Below are positions 20,171 through 31,135 of a stretch of DNA of 64,000 nt, one piece after another. The notes under the pieces are model-generated. The model had not been told where the DNA came from. It did not search any database and saw nothing but the letters and a program-made list of their open reading frames with translations. Positions within the stretch are counted from its first letter, which is position 1, and each line of letters opens with the position of its first letter. The stretch lies in NCBI GenBank assembly GCA_963735055.1, contig CAVTJN010000022.1, positions 2,703-66,702 on the forward strand, in the 5' to 3' direction. A program made the position numbers and the translations under genes. Origin of the DNA: an uncultured Chloroflexia bacterium. GTDB taxonomy: Bacteria; Chloroflexota; Dehalococcoidia; Dehalococcoidales; UBA2162.

Positions 20171-22185
20171 AGCGGGGCCGCCTCGAACCAGGAAAGGTTC
20201 CAGACCCGGTCATCGCCGGCGCTAAGGATGCGGAAGCGGTAGGCCTGCGGGCTGGACCGTCACCGTGGGGTAGGCCGTGCCGTTCACCACCGGTGTGTCG
20301 AAGAAGGTCTCGCCGGTCACAGATACATTCGGCGTCGCCGGGCATTTGCGGCGGCTCGAGTGCCGCCGGCGACATAGTACGGGTTGGCTACCGGGCCGTT
20401 TAAGATGCCGATGGCGCCGAACCAGGGACCGTAGTCCCATCTGCCCATGGCCGTTACACCGGCTCGGGCAAACGGGTTCTGGTTGGGCATGTAGACATGC
20501 GGGTACCAGAGGTTGCCCATGCCGCCCCATTTTGTGGTATCCCAGGTGGGGTCCTGGGCGGCCAACTGGGAAGCGAATGTTCCGTTGGCATTGGTGTATG
20601 GAGTAGTGGTGTCGGGTACAAAGGTCTTGTCCTGGATGACCAGGGGTATCTGGGTTGCGGGTATGGTCCCGGCAGGAACAACGGTGCTGGTGCCGGGAAT
20701 TGTGCCGCCGTTGATCAGGGTCTGCTCGGTAGGGTCGGTAACCAGGTAACCGGCAGCCAGGCCGTCATAGACGTTCAGGCGGGTGATGCCCAGCGCATGG
20801 TCATGATAGAACATGAGGCGGGCGCTCTGCCGTTGGTATAGTAGAAGGTGACCGAACCGCCGGGCGAGACCGGCATATCGGGCACGTCCGCCGCGCTGGC
20901 GCCCTTGGGATATGTGGCGGGACCGTGGACTGCAGGTTCGGGGCGACCCACTGGTGCGGTGTGCCGTCACTGATCCAGGGAGTAACGCCGCCATGAAGAT
21001 GGATCGTGGCCCGGTTGGTCGGATAGACCTCGGTACCGCGGTTCGGACCGGTGCCGGCGCCCATGATAGTGGTATCCACCGGCAGGAACAGGTGCCGCCG
21101 GAGGTCGGTTGTCGGCAGCAGGTTGGTGAACTTTATCCTGACCGGCCGGTCCCCGGTGGCGACGATGATTGGCCCAAGGTATTGTACCGGGTCTGGCGCC
21201 ACTGTGTTGACACCGGCTGCGGTGCCGTTGTTGAGCTGCACGTAGCCGCGCAACGTGGTCGGCGGCAGGTCCGAGTGCATCTTCTCGGTGTACTGCACGA
21301 CGCCTATTTCGTAGTAGTCGGAGCCGGGATAGGTAATGGTATCCGGGTGAGCCACCGGGATATACTGCCCGAGGTTGTTGGCGCCAGTCGGCCCAAGGCC
21401 GGGCAGACCATCGACAAACTTCCTCATGCCGGTGCCGGGAACTACGTTGCCGTTGGCATCAATAACCGGCAGCGGGCTATTGGCGAAGTTGCCCCAGACG
21501 CCGAAGTAGTCCGGAACGCCGCCGGGTGTAGGCACCAATGCCGCAGCCAGTCCCGTCCCACGATTCGCGGCTAACTGGGCGCGCGCGATTTTGAGTACTT
21601 TCGCGGCCTCCGCACGCTCCTTGTTATATTGCCTCATTGGCGTCATATTGGCGCTGGAAGCAAATCCAACCGATGCGTCCCACGATCCCGCGTCAGATTC
21701 CTGGTTCTTCGCCTGTACCTGGGCGACCGGCAATCCGGCTACTGAAAGAACCGTGGAGACGACCATAATCAGACATAGCAGTGGATAAACTAGTTTCTTC
21801 AAGTTCTACTCCTTGTACAGTCACGGGCCTCCCCATCGTCCTGGCGATGGTCGGAAGCGAACAGCCCAGTTTAGCGCAGCGATTTTCAGCTGCTGTCAAA
21901 GGCCATTACATTCGCCCCCTTCTGGGTGACTCTGCATATTATCCCGTTGTTGTTGTTTATGCAATTGGTGCACCTATTCTTGCCCTCGCATCCGGGCCGA
22001 CAGATGTGTTAGTTAGCAGGTTCGGCCCTCGGTTGGCGGGGGACTATTGGCTTTGCAGTTTAGAGGATAGTCCATTCCGCGTTCGCGATGTCATTACGGA
22101 TCAGTCCGCAACCATTACAAATTCGTTACATTTTTCGTCCATTATGACCATCGGGTTTCGCAATCACCTGGCGCGGCGGATACTA

Positions 22186-22214
22186 TTGAGCGAAACCGTA
22201 TCATTGATTATAAT
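22186..22214 (+). promoter_or_regulatory. strong sigma70-like promoter for the DUF4418/ABC operon
   Basis: TTGAGC (22186-22191), 17 nt, TATAAT (22209-22214). A GAGGAGG Shine-Dalgarno sequence precedes the ATG at 22253. Confidence 0.55.
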
Positions 22215-22252
22215 GTGATTGTTCTAAAACAAACAAACGCGAGGAGGCGGGC

Positions 22253-22666
22253 ATGTTCAAGTTCTTCGGGATCTTTCTCGTGGTCCTTGCAGTGGGTCTG
22301 GCAGTCCTGCCCAGGTTTACCGACTGTCAGTCCCAGGGTAAGGCCATTGCCCTGGCCAATGGAAAGACCGTGCCCATGAAGTGCCACTGGACGGGAGTGG
22401 CTGAATTGGCGACCGCCGCGCCGCTTGCAGTGGTGGGCGTCATGATGGTGACCACTAAACGAAGAGTAAGTTTGACGCACCTCAGCGTTCTGGGTGTCGT
22501 GCTCGGCGGCGTCGCTGTTGCGCTGCCCAGCAAGCTGATCGGCGTTTGTGCCACACCTACCATGCTGTGTCATTCGGTGATGAGTCCGGGTCTGACAGTC
22601 GGCGGCTCTCTGGCAATCGCAACAGGGATCGTCGGTATTGTGCTGGCGCGTAAGGCTAGTCCCTAA
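22253..22666 (+). CDS. DUF4418-like small Cys-containing membrane protein
   Basis: 137 aa with four hydrophobic segments and conserved-looking Cys residues (FTDCQ, MKCHWT, GVCATPTMLCH). It lies directly upstream of a MacB-type permease, as DUF4418 genes typically do. Confidence 0.6.
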   Translation: MFKFFGIFLVVLAVGLAVLPRFTDCQSQGKAIALANGKTVPMKCHWTGVAELATAAPLAVVGVMMVTTKRRVSLTHLSVLGVVLGGVAVALPSKLIGVCATPTMLCHSVMSPGLTVGGSLAIATGIVGIVLARKASP

Positions 22667-22683
22667 AACCGTAGCGAGACGAT

Positions 22684-23878
22684 ATGCGTTTGCTGCGACT
22701 CGCCCTCAAGAATATTCGCGGGAGCGGATTCCGAAGTACGGCCATCTTCCTGTGTGTCATGGGCATAGCGGGGTTTCTGCTCGCCACCACCCTCGTCATC
22801 AAAGGTTCACAGAATAGCCTGGACTCAGGGATCAAGAGGCTGGGCGCTGACATCATCGTGGTGCCTCAAGGAGCCGAGGATGAGGTAGAGTCCGCTCTCC
22901 TCATGGGCAAGCCAACCACGGTCTGGATGCCGCAAGAGAATCTGAAGACGATCGCTGCCGTTTCCGGAGTGGAAAGGGTGTCTCCGCAGATCTATCTTGC
23001 TTCTCTCTATGGGGCCGCTTGCTGCGCCGTATCTGAGATGTTCATGGTGGTGTACGACCCGGCTACCGACTTCACGCTTACGCCGTGGCTCGAGAAGAAG
23101 TTGGGCAGGGGACTGGCAACAGGGGAAGTAATCGGGGGCACATACATCTTTGTCCCACCGGAGGAAAAGGGCATCAAGCTGTACGGCTACTTCACCACTC
23201 TCGAAGGTAATCTGGAAGCCACCGGGACCGGCATCGACCAGACCCTGTTTATGACAATAGACACTGCCGCGGGAGATGGCCAAGTCTTCGCTGACGACGG
23301 CCCAGGCGCCGCTGGTGATACCGGAAGGTAGTATCTCTGCCATCATGGTCAAGACGGTCCCGGGCGCCGACGTGCATCGGGTTGCCCTGGAGATTGTGCG
23401 TGATACCGTAAGGATGTACCCGATCGAAAGCCCGAAGCTGTTCGGTGAGTTCAGAAATCAGATGAACGGATTGCTGTGGGGATTCTTCGTGTTGACCATC
23501 GTTATCTGGGCTCTGGCGGCGATCATGATGGGCGTCAACTTCTCGATGGCGGCCAACGAACGCCGGCGGGAAATGGCAGTATTGCGGGCGGTGGGGGCCA
23601 CACCGGGCTTCATTTTCAGGCTTGTCCTGACCGAGGCAGGTCTACTGGCCGCAGCCGGCGCAGTAGTGGGCATTGCCATAGCGGCGCTGGGACTCTTCAT
23701 GTTCAAGGATATGATCGCCGGCTCACTGAAGATGCCGTTCCTGTTTCCCGGCGTTTCCTCCTTGGCGGGCCTGTTCGCCGGGGGGGTGGGGTTGGCGATT
23801 GTCACGGTCGGGTTGTCGGCGCTCGTCCCGGCTGTTCGACTCAGCAGGCAGGAACTGGCGATATCGATGAGGGAGTAG
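22684..23878 (+). pseudogene. ABC transporter permease (FtsX/MacB type), one frameshift near 23270
   Basis: N-terminus LALKNIRGSGFRSTAIFLCV with an extracytoplasmic domain. The C-terminal FtsX domain reads ERRREMAVLRAVGATPGFIFRLVLTEAGLLA. ORFs 22684-23331 and 23276-23878 are in different frames. Confidence 0.75.
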
Positions 23879-23881
23879 CCA

Positions 23882-24581
23882 ATGCTGTCGTTCGACAATG
23901 TGACCAAGAGCTACAAACTGGATGAGAAGAACTCGATCTCGCCCGTACGCGAGGTTAGCTTGAGAGTCAAGCCTGGAGAACTGGTCATGATTGTCGGTCG
24001 CTCGGGCACCGGTAAGACGACTTTTCTCAATCTGGCCGCGGGGCTGGTCAAGCCCACTTCCGGACGCGTGTTGATTGAGGACGCCGACCTCGAGGGCATG
24101 ACGCAGAGACAACTCTCTACGCTCAGGAGTCAGAAGTTGGGTTTCATCTTCCAGTTCCCCAGCCTCATTCCGGCTTTGACCATCATGGACAACGTGTGTT
24201 TGCCCTCCATTTTTGCCGGCAAGCAGTCGTTGGCCGGTTCAACAGAAAGGGCCAAAGAAGCTCCTGGGCCAACTCGGACTGTCGGCCAGAGCCGGGGTCT
24301 ATCCGAGGCAACTCTCCGCCGGAGAGACAAAACGTGTGGTCCTGGCTCGTTCGCTCATAAATCGACCGCACCTGGTGCTGGCAGATGAGCCCACCAGCGA
24401 CCTTGATGACCGTACCGAAAAAGAGGTCATGGCTCTGCTTCGGGAGATCAATTCAACCGGGGTCACCTTCTTGATCGTCACTCACAGCAGGCAACTCGTT
24501 CCTTTCGCCACAAGCGCTTTCGAGATGGAAGACGGAGCCCTGCGTCAAATACAGAACGGTCACCTGCGGGAGACATCGTGA
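23882..24581 (+). pseudogene. ABC transporter ATP-binding protein, one frameshift near 24250
   Basis: Walker A GRSGTGKTT, Q-loop region, signature LSAGETKRV, Walker B LVLADEPTSDLD. It is split between ORFs 23882-24388 and 24213-24581. Confidence 0.8.
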
Positions 24582-25264
24582 TGTTGAAAACGATGAGTCT
24601 CTATCGCCGGTTCCTGTCTTTCGCCACTGCGGTAGCGGCCGCGGTTGCTCTTCTGGCCTGTCAGCCGGCGGCTCCGGCATCGACATCGGGGACCACCGGT
24701 CCGGGTCTCGGGTCGCTGCAGCAGGCCAGGTTTCTGAAGGCGAGCCTTTATGGGATGATGCAACTCGACTTCGACGGCACCCCGGTAACCTATCCTACAT
24801 CCCTGGGTGTTCCCTCGGTGCCCGTCGTATGGATGGGCCCCATATTCTCCGGGAAACTCGAAAAGACCGGACCCGGCCAGGATACGACTATACAGGTACA
24901 CGGCAGCATCTCAGACGACGGGGAGTGGGTCAACGCTCTGTCTTACTCCAAAATCATTGTGACCAGGTCCACAAGCAACGTGCTGTCTTACGAGGTGAGC
25001 CTGCGCTATGTTCCTATTACGGCGGTGTCAGGATCGGCCGTGATGGGGACTTTCGAGAAGAAGGGCTCGGACGTCAGAAAACACGTCGAAGAGATCAAGT
25101 ATTTTCAATCAGGGACGTTGTCTGGCACTCAGAAGGCCACAACGACTACCTTCACCTCTCTTGACTGGGAGGGTGTGGGGACCGGCCAGGAGCCAATCCT
25201 TAAACTGGTGTTCGAGACCATCGCCAGCGAAGATGCCGGCTCGGCATCATCCGGCGGTATGTAA
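24578..25264 (+). CDS. hypothetical lipoprotein
   Basis: Signal sequence with a lipobox-like ALLAC. Its start overlaps the ABC ATPase stop. No family recognised. Confidence 0.55.
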   Translation: MMLKTMSLYRRFLSFATAVAAAVALLACQPAAPASTSGTTGPGLGSLQQARFLKASLYGMMQLDFDGTPVTYPTSLGVPSVPVVWMGPIFSGKLEKTGPGQDTTIQVHGSISDDGEWVNALSYSKIIVTRSTSNVLSYEVSLRYVPITAVSGSAVMGTFEKKGSDVRKHVEEIKYFQSGTLSGTQKATTTTFTSLDWEGVGTGQEPILKLVFETIASEDAGSASSGGM

Positions 25265-25332
25265 CCCATCTTCGTTCCCGCCTTATTTCTCAGAATCAGC
25301 CCTATCCATAGTGACGTCGTTTAGGTGAGAGA

Positions 25333-27033
25333 ATGAGCAACAAGCAAAAAGCAATGCCCGGGGATAGATTCGGCAGACGAGATCGGGAGCGATCGCGGGG
25401 CCAGGGAGGTCGGAGGCGCACTCTCTTTGTTGTCCTTTCAATCGTTTTGGTCATCGCCGCTGTTGCCGGAACGATTGTTTACATGAACACCCGGGGCAAA
25501 CCCGCCGAGGCGTCGTCCGGTTTCACCATCTCAGGGACGGTCAGCTATGACGGACCTCAGCCATCCGGAAGAATCTACATACAGGTAGTGGACAGTAGCG
25601 GAGGATACAACGGCCTGGGAACAAGTGTCGCATCGCCGCGCCCGTACACAATCCGTAATGTCCCCGATGGAACTTACGTTCTCAATGCATGGATGGATAA
25701 TAGCCACCCGGAAAGTGGTGTTCCAAACGCGTTGTCTCCCAAGGGAACCATAACGGTAGGAGTCAACAAAGGGAATGTTACCGGACAAAATATCGTTGTT
25801 GCCGACCCGTCTCAGAATCCCGCCCCGGCCCCTCCGGCAACCGTAGGAGTTGCTCCGGGTAATGGGTCAGCGCTAGTCCAATGGAGTGCCCCACAAGATA
25901 GCAGCGGCAACGTACTTGCCCAGTCTTACAACGTCTATTTTAGCGACTCAAGCTCGGTCAGCCCGCAAACCGGCGCCAAGAAGACGGTCCAGGCAGCTAA
26001 TACTATCTTCATCAGCGGGCTAACCGACGGAACCACTTATTATTTCGTGGTGACGTCAGTTCTGGGAGGGGTTGAAAGCTCAGCATCTGCGCCTGCGGCT
26101 TCGGCAACTATAGGCGCAACTACCGGTTCAAACACCATTTCGGGAGCTATCTCATTCCCGGTAACGGCCACCGGGCCAATGTATGTAGGAGCATCCGGCC
26201 AGAACGGTATCTTCTTTCAGCGTGTTACCAAACCGGTAAGCCCTCAATCATACGTCGTTGCCGGCGTGCCTACCGGCGCCTATGTCAGTTTTGCCATTAT
26301 TGATATGAACAACAACGGCGTAATAGACACCGGCGACCTCAACAAAACTAATTATACGCCCAGCGGCGGCAACACGGTCATCTCTGTTGGCGGCGACATA
26401 GCAGGAATGGAAGAGACTCTCTCAGCCACCAATGTATTGACCCGGGTGACGACCATGCACGTGGGCTCCGCGGATTCGCCCGGCGAAGATGCCTACAGCA
26501 TGCAGTTTGAAGTTGGCGGCAACTTGAAACTGCCAATAAACGTGGAACTCGGTGGGGGGCCGAATATTCCAGGTACCACGGATATGGGCGGCAGTTATAA
26601 CTATTATCATCTATTCTATAGAATTAGAGGCAAGCCGACTGTGGGAGATTCATATGTGTTTGCGATCAAGTACTCAGATGGGACGTCAGAGAGAGTGAGA
26701 GTGTCGGTGACCGCGGTGCTTGACAGTTTTGCACAGAATCTGACCACCAGTGGGGAGGATCGAACCATACCAACATTCAATTGGTCCGCGCCGGCCACAC
26801 CACCGCCTGATTACACTTACCTTATCCAGTTGGGGCAAAGAACTGTTGGCCGGGAGTGGTCGTACCCGCTGAGCGGAAACGGAATGCCGTCTTCGCAGAC
26901 CTCGGTCCTGTATAACGTGGATGGGAGTGCCAGCCTGACGTCTCTTCAGAGAGGGACAGCATATGATTGGATAATTATCGTCGTAGATTCAGACGGTAAC
27001 CAGGCAGTGTATTCAACCACCTATACCCCGTAA
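25333..27033 (+). CDS. membrane-anchored surface protein with an FN3-like domain and carboxypeptidase-regulatory-like beta-sandwich domains
   Basis: N-terminal TM anchor (LFVVLSIVLVIAAVAGTIVY). TISGTVSYDG...YTIRNVPDGTYVLNAW and NTISGAISF...YVVAGVPTGAY resemble beta-sandwich domains. LVQWSAP...YNVYF...GLTDGTTYYFVVTS is FN3-like. Confidence 0.6.
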   Translation: MSNKQKAMPGDRFGRRDRERSRGQGGRRRTLFVVLSIVLVIAAVAGTIVYMNTRGKPAEASSGFTISGTVSYDGPQPSGRIYIQVVDSSGGYNGLGTSVASPRPYTIRNVPDGTYVLNAWMDNSHPESGVPNALSPKGTITVGVNKGNVTGQNIVVADPSQNPAPAPPATVGVAPGNGSALVQWSAPQDSSGNVLAQSYNVYFSDSSSVSPQTGAKKTVQAANTIFISGLTDGTTYYFVVTSVLGGVESSASAPAASATIGATTGSNTISGAISFPVTATGPMYVGASGQNGIFFQRVTKPVSPQSYVVAGVPTGAYVSFAIIDMNNNGVIDTGDLNKTNYTPSGGNTVISVGGDIAGMEETLSATNVLTRVTTMHVGSADSPGEDAYSMQFEVGGNLKLPINVELGGGPNIPGTTDMGGSYNYYHLFYRIRGKPTVGDSYVFAIKYSDGTSERVRVSVTAVLDSFAQNLTTSGEDRTIPTFNWSAPATPPPDYTYLIQLGQRTVGREWSYPLSGNGMPSSQTSVLYNVDGSASLTSLQRGTAYDWIIIVVDSDGNQAVYSTTYTP

Positions 27034-27080
27034 TCGGGCAGACGATCAGATGCCAAGCGGTCTTCAGAGATTAGCCGAAA

Positions 27081-28536
27081 TCACTGCCTGACGATGTATA
27101 CATGACTACGCGCCTGCAACAGGTCGGGGTTGGCGCAGTCGGTCCGGCTGTACACTATGGATATCCCGTTTCTTCTCAGCAAGGCAGTATCGGCGCCGCC
27201 GTTTTCCAGGAACTCGTAGGCCGCGGGCGCATTCCCGTCCGGCGTCTCGCCGGTCAGTGAGAATACCGCCTTCCCGGTAAGGCCCACGAACGCCATGCCC
27301 TGCCACAGGGTCGAGGAGCGCCTTTCCGTACCCGTCGCCCAGGTTCGCTCTGATCCAGGTAAAGGCGCGGTAGTCTCCGCTGTCCAACATTTGGTAATAC
27401 GGCTGGTGGAGGCGGGCGGGGATCGTCACGAACAGCGTCACGGCCACCAGCGCGAGAGTGACGAGGGGCCTCAGGGAAGTGGACAATCGAAGTCGTCCGG
27501 GAGAGTCGCCAATCCCCGATCTCCAGCCCCAAGCCCCGACCACTCCCAGCCCCGCCCCGGCCAGGATGCTCACCATCAGCATCGCCAACCTGCAGGCCCA
27601 CGCTGGTAGACGATTTCCGCTCCAAAGTGCAGCGAAAAGAAGACGGCCAGGAGGCCCAGCGAGGCCACAGCGCCCAGGACCAGACCGTAGTCCGTCCGCT
27701 TCCCTTTCCACGCCAGACCGACGACTCCGACCAAGGCAGAGCAGAATGGTGACGTAGCCAAGGGTGGGGATGACCGAGGGGAGGTCGACAAAGGGGCTGG
27801 TTGACTGCGGTACGAACAGTCTCTTCACCATCGGCACGGCGATGCGGTATATCACCGGGAAGAGGGCGACGAAGGGCAGTAGGACGGCCAGTGCCATGCC
27901 CAGGCTGTGTCGCGGGCTGCCTTTCAGGTTCAGCAGAATGTAGGGCGCCAGTATGACGATCAACACGGCGGCGGTTGGCGGGTGGATAGCGGCGGGAGCG
28001 ACCACAAGGGCTGACAGGACCGGATAAGACCACCGGCTGCGGAAGTTGAAGGCGACAAAAAGCGCCAGCGGAATGAACAGCATCGCCAGGGAGATCGGCA
28101 CCAGGAAGGCCGGCCCCAGGATGCCCACAGTGGTGGGGAGGAGGGAGGCGAAAAAAGCCGCCTGCCAGCCAAAGCCCTGCCGACCGGCCAGTATGAAGAC
28201 CGATAGGACCGTGATCATGTAGACGATGCCCGGGAAATAGCGGAAGATCACCAGCCAGTCGAGGCCGGTAACCTCCTTGAAAGCGCCCCAGAAGATGTGA
28301 GTTCCCAGTTCGCCCATCTGATTCCAAGTCAGGTCGTCTCCGCCGTAGATGGGGTTGGTGAGCTGGGCAGTGCTGGCTTTTTCCATGAGTGCGTTGGTGA
28401 ATACCATCACCTGCCACTCATCGAGGTGGACGGGATAGGCATAGTTGCGGTGGGGGATGTAGGCGATGAAGAAGGCCAGCGCCAGTATCGGAACGAGCAG
28501 CAGATAACGGACCCTGGCTACCAGTGGTGTTCGCAA
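27081..28536 (-). pseudogene. large polytopic membrane protein (possibly a GT-C-fold glycosyltransferase), at least 3 frameshifts
   Basis: The 476-aa ORF is hydrophobic for ~250 aa and then becomes Arg/Gly-rich nonsense. Alternate frames (27576-27791 and 27081-27296) restore TM segments and a soluble C-terminus. The functional call is weak. Confidence 0.45.
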
Positions 28537-28694
28537 AGTTTTGTCATCCGAATGGCAACTGCTATAATACGCTGCATACTAGCACAGCTTCTCCCGTGCG
28601 GCTCAAAGGGATGCATCCCGGACGCCACAAGCGAGGCGCTGCCGGCATCTTGAAACGAAGGACGCGCTGAAAATAGAATGAATCGGGTCGGCAG

Positions 28695-29577
28695 TTGAAG
28701 ATCAGACTGGGCAACGGGCTGTGGCTGGCCAACGTCCTTGGCTGGCTGCTGATAATCGTCATCGTCCTCTTCCCGGAGAATCCCGTCCGTATCGTTCTGG
28801 GGGTCCCGTTCGTTCTCTTCTTTCCCGGATATGCGCTGATCACCGCCCTTGTCCCGCGGAAGACGGGAATGAGCGGCATCGAGCGGGTGGCGCTTAGCTT
28901 CGGGCTGAGCATCGCCCTGGTGATACTGATCGGTCTCGCCCTCAATTACACGCCGTTCGGGATAAGGCTCGTCCCGATTCTGTCTTCCATGGCAGTCAGT
29001 CTTGCTCGCCCTGACCGTCGTGGCCTGGTACAGGGTACGGAAGGTGTCTGAAGACGAGCGTTTCTCTATTTCGTTCAGCCCGTCCCCGCGGGGGATGTGG
29101 AGCGGACGGCCGATCGACAAAGCGCTGTCCCTGATCCTGGTGCTGGCCATACTGGCGAGCGTGGGGGCGATTGCCTACACCATCGCCAAACCCAAGCCGG
29201 GCGAGGAATTCACCGAATTCTACATCCTGGGGCCGGGCGGAAAGGCCGAGGACTATCCCTCCGAGGTGCCGGTTGGCGCCAAGGCTATCGTGACCGGCGG
29301 CATAGTCAACCACCGAAGGAATTCCGCGACCTACGTCATTGAAGTGCTGGTGGCCGGGACCAGGAATGGCGAGGTCGGTCCGGTTGCACTGGAACCCGGA
29401 GAGAAGTGGGAGGGTGAAGTAGGCTTCACGCCTCAAACTGTCGGGGTGGACCAGAAGGTCGAGTTTGTTCTGCAAGAGACCCCGCAGGTGGAGGCCACCC
29501 CCCAGTCGCTGCATCTCTGGGTTAATGTGGCCGGTAGACAGGGCCCGGCGCCTCTCACCCGAGAGTCGCTGGTGTGA
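28695..29577 (+). pseudogene. DUF1616-like membrane protein (archaeal-type), one frameshift near 29000
   Basis: VLGVPFVLFFPGYALITALVPRKTGMSGIERVALSFGLSIALVILIGLALNYTPFGIRL is the DUF1616-type N-terminus as I remember it. The beta-rich C-terminal domain lies in ORF 29002-29577. Confidence 0.55.
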
Positions 29578-29579
29578 CA

Positions 29580-30899
29580 CCACCAGCAGCGCCGCCCAGA
29601 CCCAGAGCAAGGGCACGCTCATGTAGATGTAACCGACAGCCTCAATCACCGTCACCGTGGTCGTCACGTCATACATAGCCATTGCGGCCCCGGCGACAAA
29701 GGCTCCGATCATGCCTATTCCGATCCCGTGCCACGGGTCTTGCCGCGACGACGCCAGCATCCTGCTCGAGAGTCGAACGAAGACGACGACCGCCGCCACC
29801 AGTGCCAGGACTCCGAGCAGGCCGGTATCAGCGTGAAGCTGCAGGTAGGTATTGTGGACGTGGATATGACCTCCTGCTGAACTGCCGGTTGTACAATTCA
29901 GCCCAGCTCCCCAGGCCTAAGCCGGTAATCACGCGTTGACCGCTTAGCAGGTGCACTGTATTGGTCCAATACACCACTCTGGCGGCCAGGGAACTCGTCG
30001 AAAAGACCTGTCCCAGCCACGGAATCCGGTCATACCACAGCACTGCCGCGGCTCCCGCAATACCCGCCGCAGGGACGACGACCCAGGCCATCCACCTTCG
30101 CCATAGGACCAGCGCCACCGCCACCCCGCATGCCGCCGCAATCCAGCCGCCGCCGCTGGCGCTCATAATGAGCATCCAGAGGAAGGCCAGACCCAACGAC
30201 AGTGCCAACACGCGCAGCCGCCCGCGGTCATTGAAGACTGCCACACCAAACAATGCCGGTATAACCACAGCCAGCAGCGCGCCGAGGCTGTTGAACTGAA
30301 GCACCTGACCGCCGGTCTTGGGGAGCCCTTCGAAAGAGCTTGAAGAACCAGGAGTTGAAAGACACGATCCTCTGGCTGCCTTCGGAGAAGAACCATATCC
30401 CCAGCACCAGCGTTATGAGGCAGATGACGCCGCCCACCCAAAGCCAGTACCGGTTTCCCCTGTTGCTGTTGCTGACAAGTCCGTAATAGATTAGTATCGA
30501 GGCCAGCGTGGAACCGAGGGCCCCGATGGCCACCGCCTTATTCGAAGCCACCAGCAGCCCAACCAGCATCCCCAGGATGAAGATCAGGATGGGGATATCG
30601 AACGGCGTCCGGGGAATGAGGCGGCGGGTCAGCCAGAAGCGAATCCCCAACGGCGCGATAGCGATAACCAAGCTGAGCCAGAGGAGTGGAGAATTGAACA
30701 GCACCGAAAAATAAACGGGCACGGCGAATACGGGCTGGATTGCCAGCACGCCGTCTGCCGCGTTCCTCAGCACGCTATGCGGCGCCATCGCCTTGCCATC
30801 CGTTTCGGGCCGGCCGGACGCCGACGTTGTCAACAATAAGGGACTCGCTTCACGCCACTCTCCTTGGTCAGCGTCCGGCAAAAGAAACCGTTCAGACAC
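29580..30899 (-). pseudogene. O-antigen ligase/polymerase-like (Wzy_C) membrane protein, at least 2 frameshifts; 3' end uncertain
   Basis: Fragments 30228-30899, 29828-30304 and the first ~75 aa of 28996-29799 join into one protein. SASGGGWIAAACG and TGLGLGSW...(H)NTYLQLHADTGLLGVLALV are typical of the Wzy_C loop. The formal ORF runs on antisense through the DUF1616 gene, which I do not believe. Confidence 0.55.
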
Positions 30900-31135
30900 C
30901 CCACGTGCTCAACGGGATACTCCCGGAGGGGCTGGCTGTGTGCGGCCGAATCGACGTTCCACGTCTCGTTCGCTGGGTCGCGTAACACCTTGAAAAGCTC
31001 CAATGCCTCCTCCCACGAGACGACGTTATCGTTCTCTTCGTGAATCAACAGAGTATCACTCTCAATGTCGGGAACGACTGTCACCGGATCCGTTGCCACA
31101 GAACCCGCCGTCGCGGCAACGGCTTTCTTCTTCAT
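30830..31135 (-). CDS. hypothetical protein (~101 aa)
   Basis: MKKKAVAATAGS... preceded by AAGGGGAAG. Acidic and protein-like. Its 3' end overlaps the start of the ligase-like gene. No family recognised. Confidence 0.3.
   Translation of the reverse strand: MKKKAVAATAGSVATDPVTVVPDIESDTLLIHEENDNVVSWEEALELFKVLRDPANETWNVDSAAHSQPLREYPVEHVGCLNGFFCRTLTKESGVKRVPYC

Larger units (their letters stand above)
15758..21802 (-). pseudogene. giant secreted multicopper oxidase with Gly-rich module insertions, FN3-like domains and a C-terminal six-repeat FG-GAP/VCBS module; at least 12 frame disruptions plus one nonsense codon
   Basis: The N-terminus has a signal peptide (MKKLVYPLLCLIMVVSTVLSVAG). All four copper-ligand motifs are present: HLH (20993-21001), YHDH (20797-20808), HPLHWH (17834-17851) and HCHILSHEENDMM (17502-17540). 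Fragments 20801-21802, 20317-20994, 20222-20530, 19528-20130, 18407-19588, 17974-18324, 17567-17908 and 15758-17296 join end to end on one strand. Confidence 0.75.

Noticed and set aside
21781-22218. A 145-aa ORF in the oxidase/DUF4418 intergenic gap.
   Set aside because: It has no Shine-Dalgarno sequence. It begins inside the oxidase signal-peptide region on the opposite strand and runs through the mapped promoter. The composition is not convincingly protein-like. It is kept only as part of the non-coding-gap finding.
27254-28417. A 387-aa ORF on the minus strand overlapping the polytopic membrane protein gene.
   Set aside because: It is an alternate frame with an Arg/Gly/Pro-rich composition typical of out-of-frame translation of GC-rich DNA. 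Only short parts of it coincide with frameshifted segments of the real gene.
28996-29579. Continuation of the ligase-like ORF (28996-29799, minus strand) through the whole DUF1616-like gene.
   Set aside because: After the last TM segment the translation turns into low-complexity sequence lying exactly antisense to a gene with a recognisable family N-terminus. It most likely reflects a missing stop or a frameshift rather than a real 190-aa extension.
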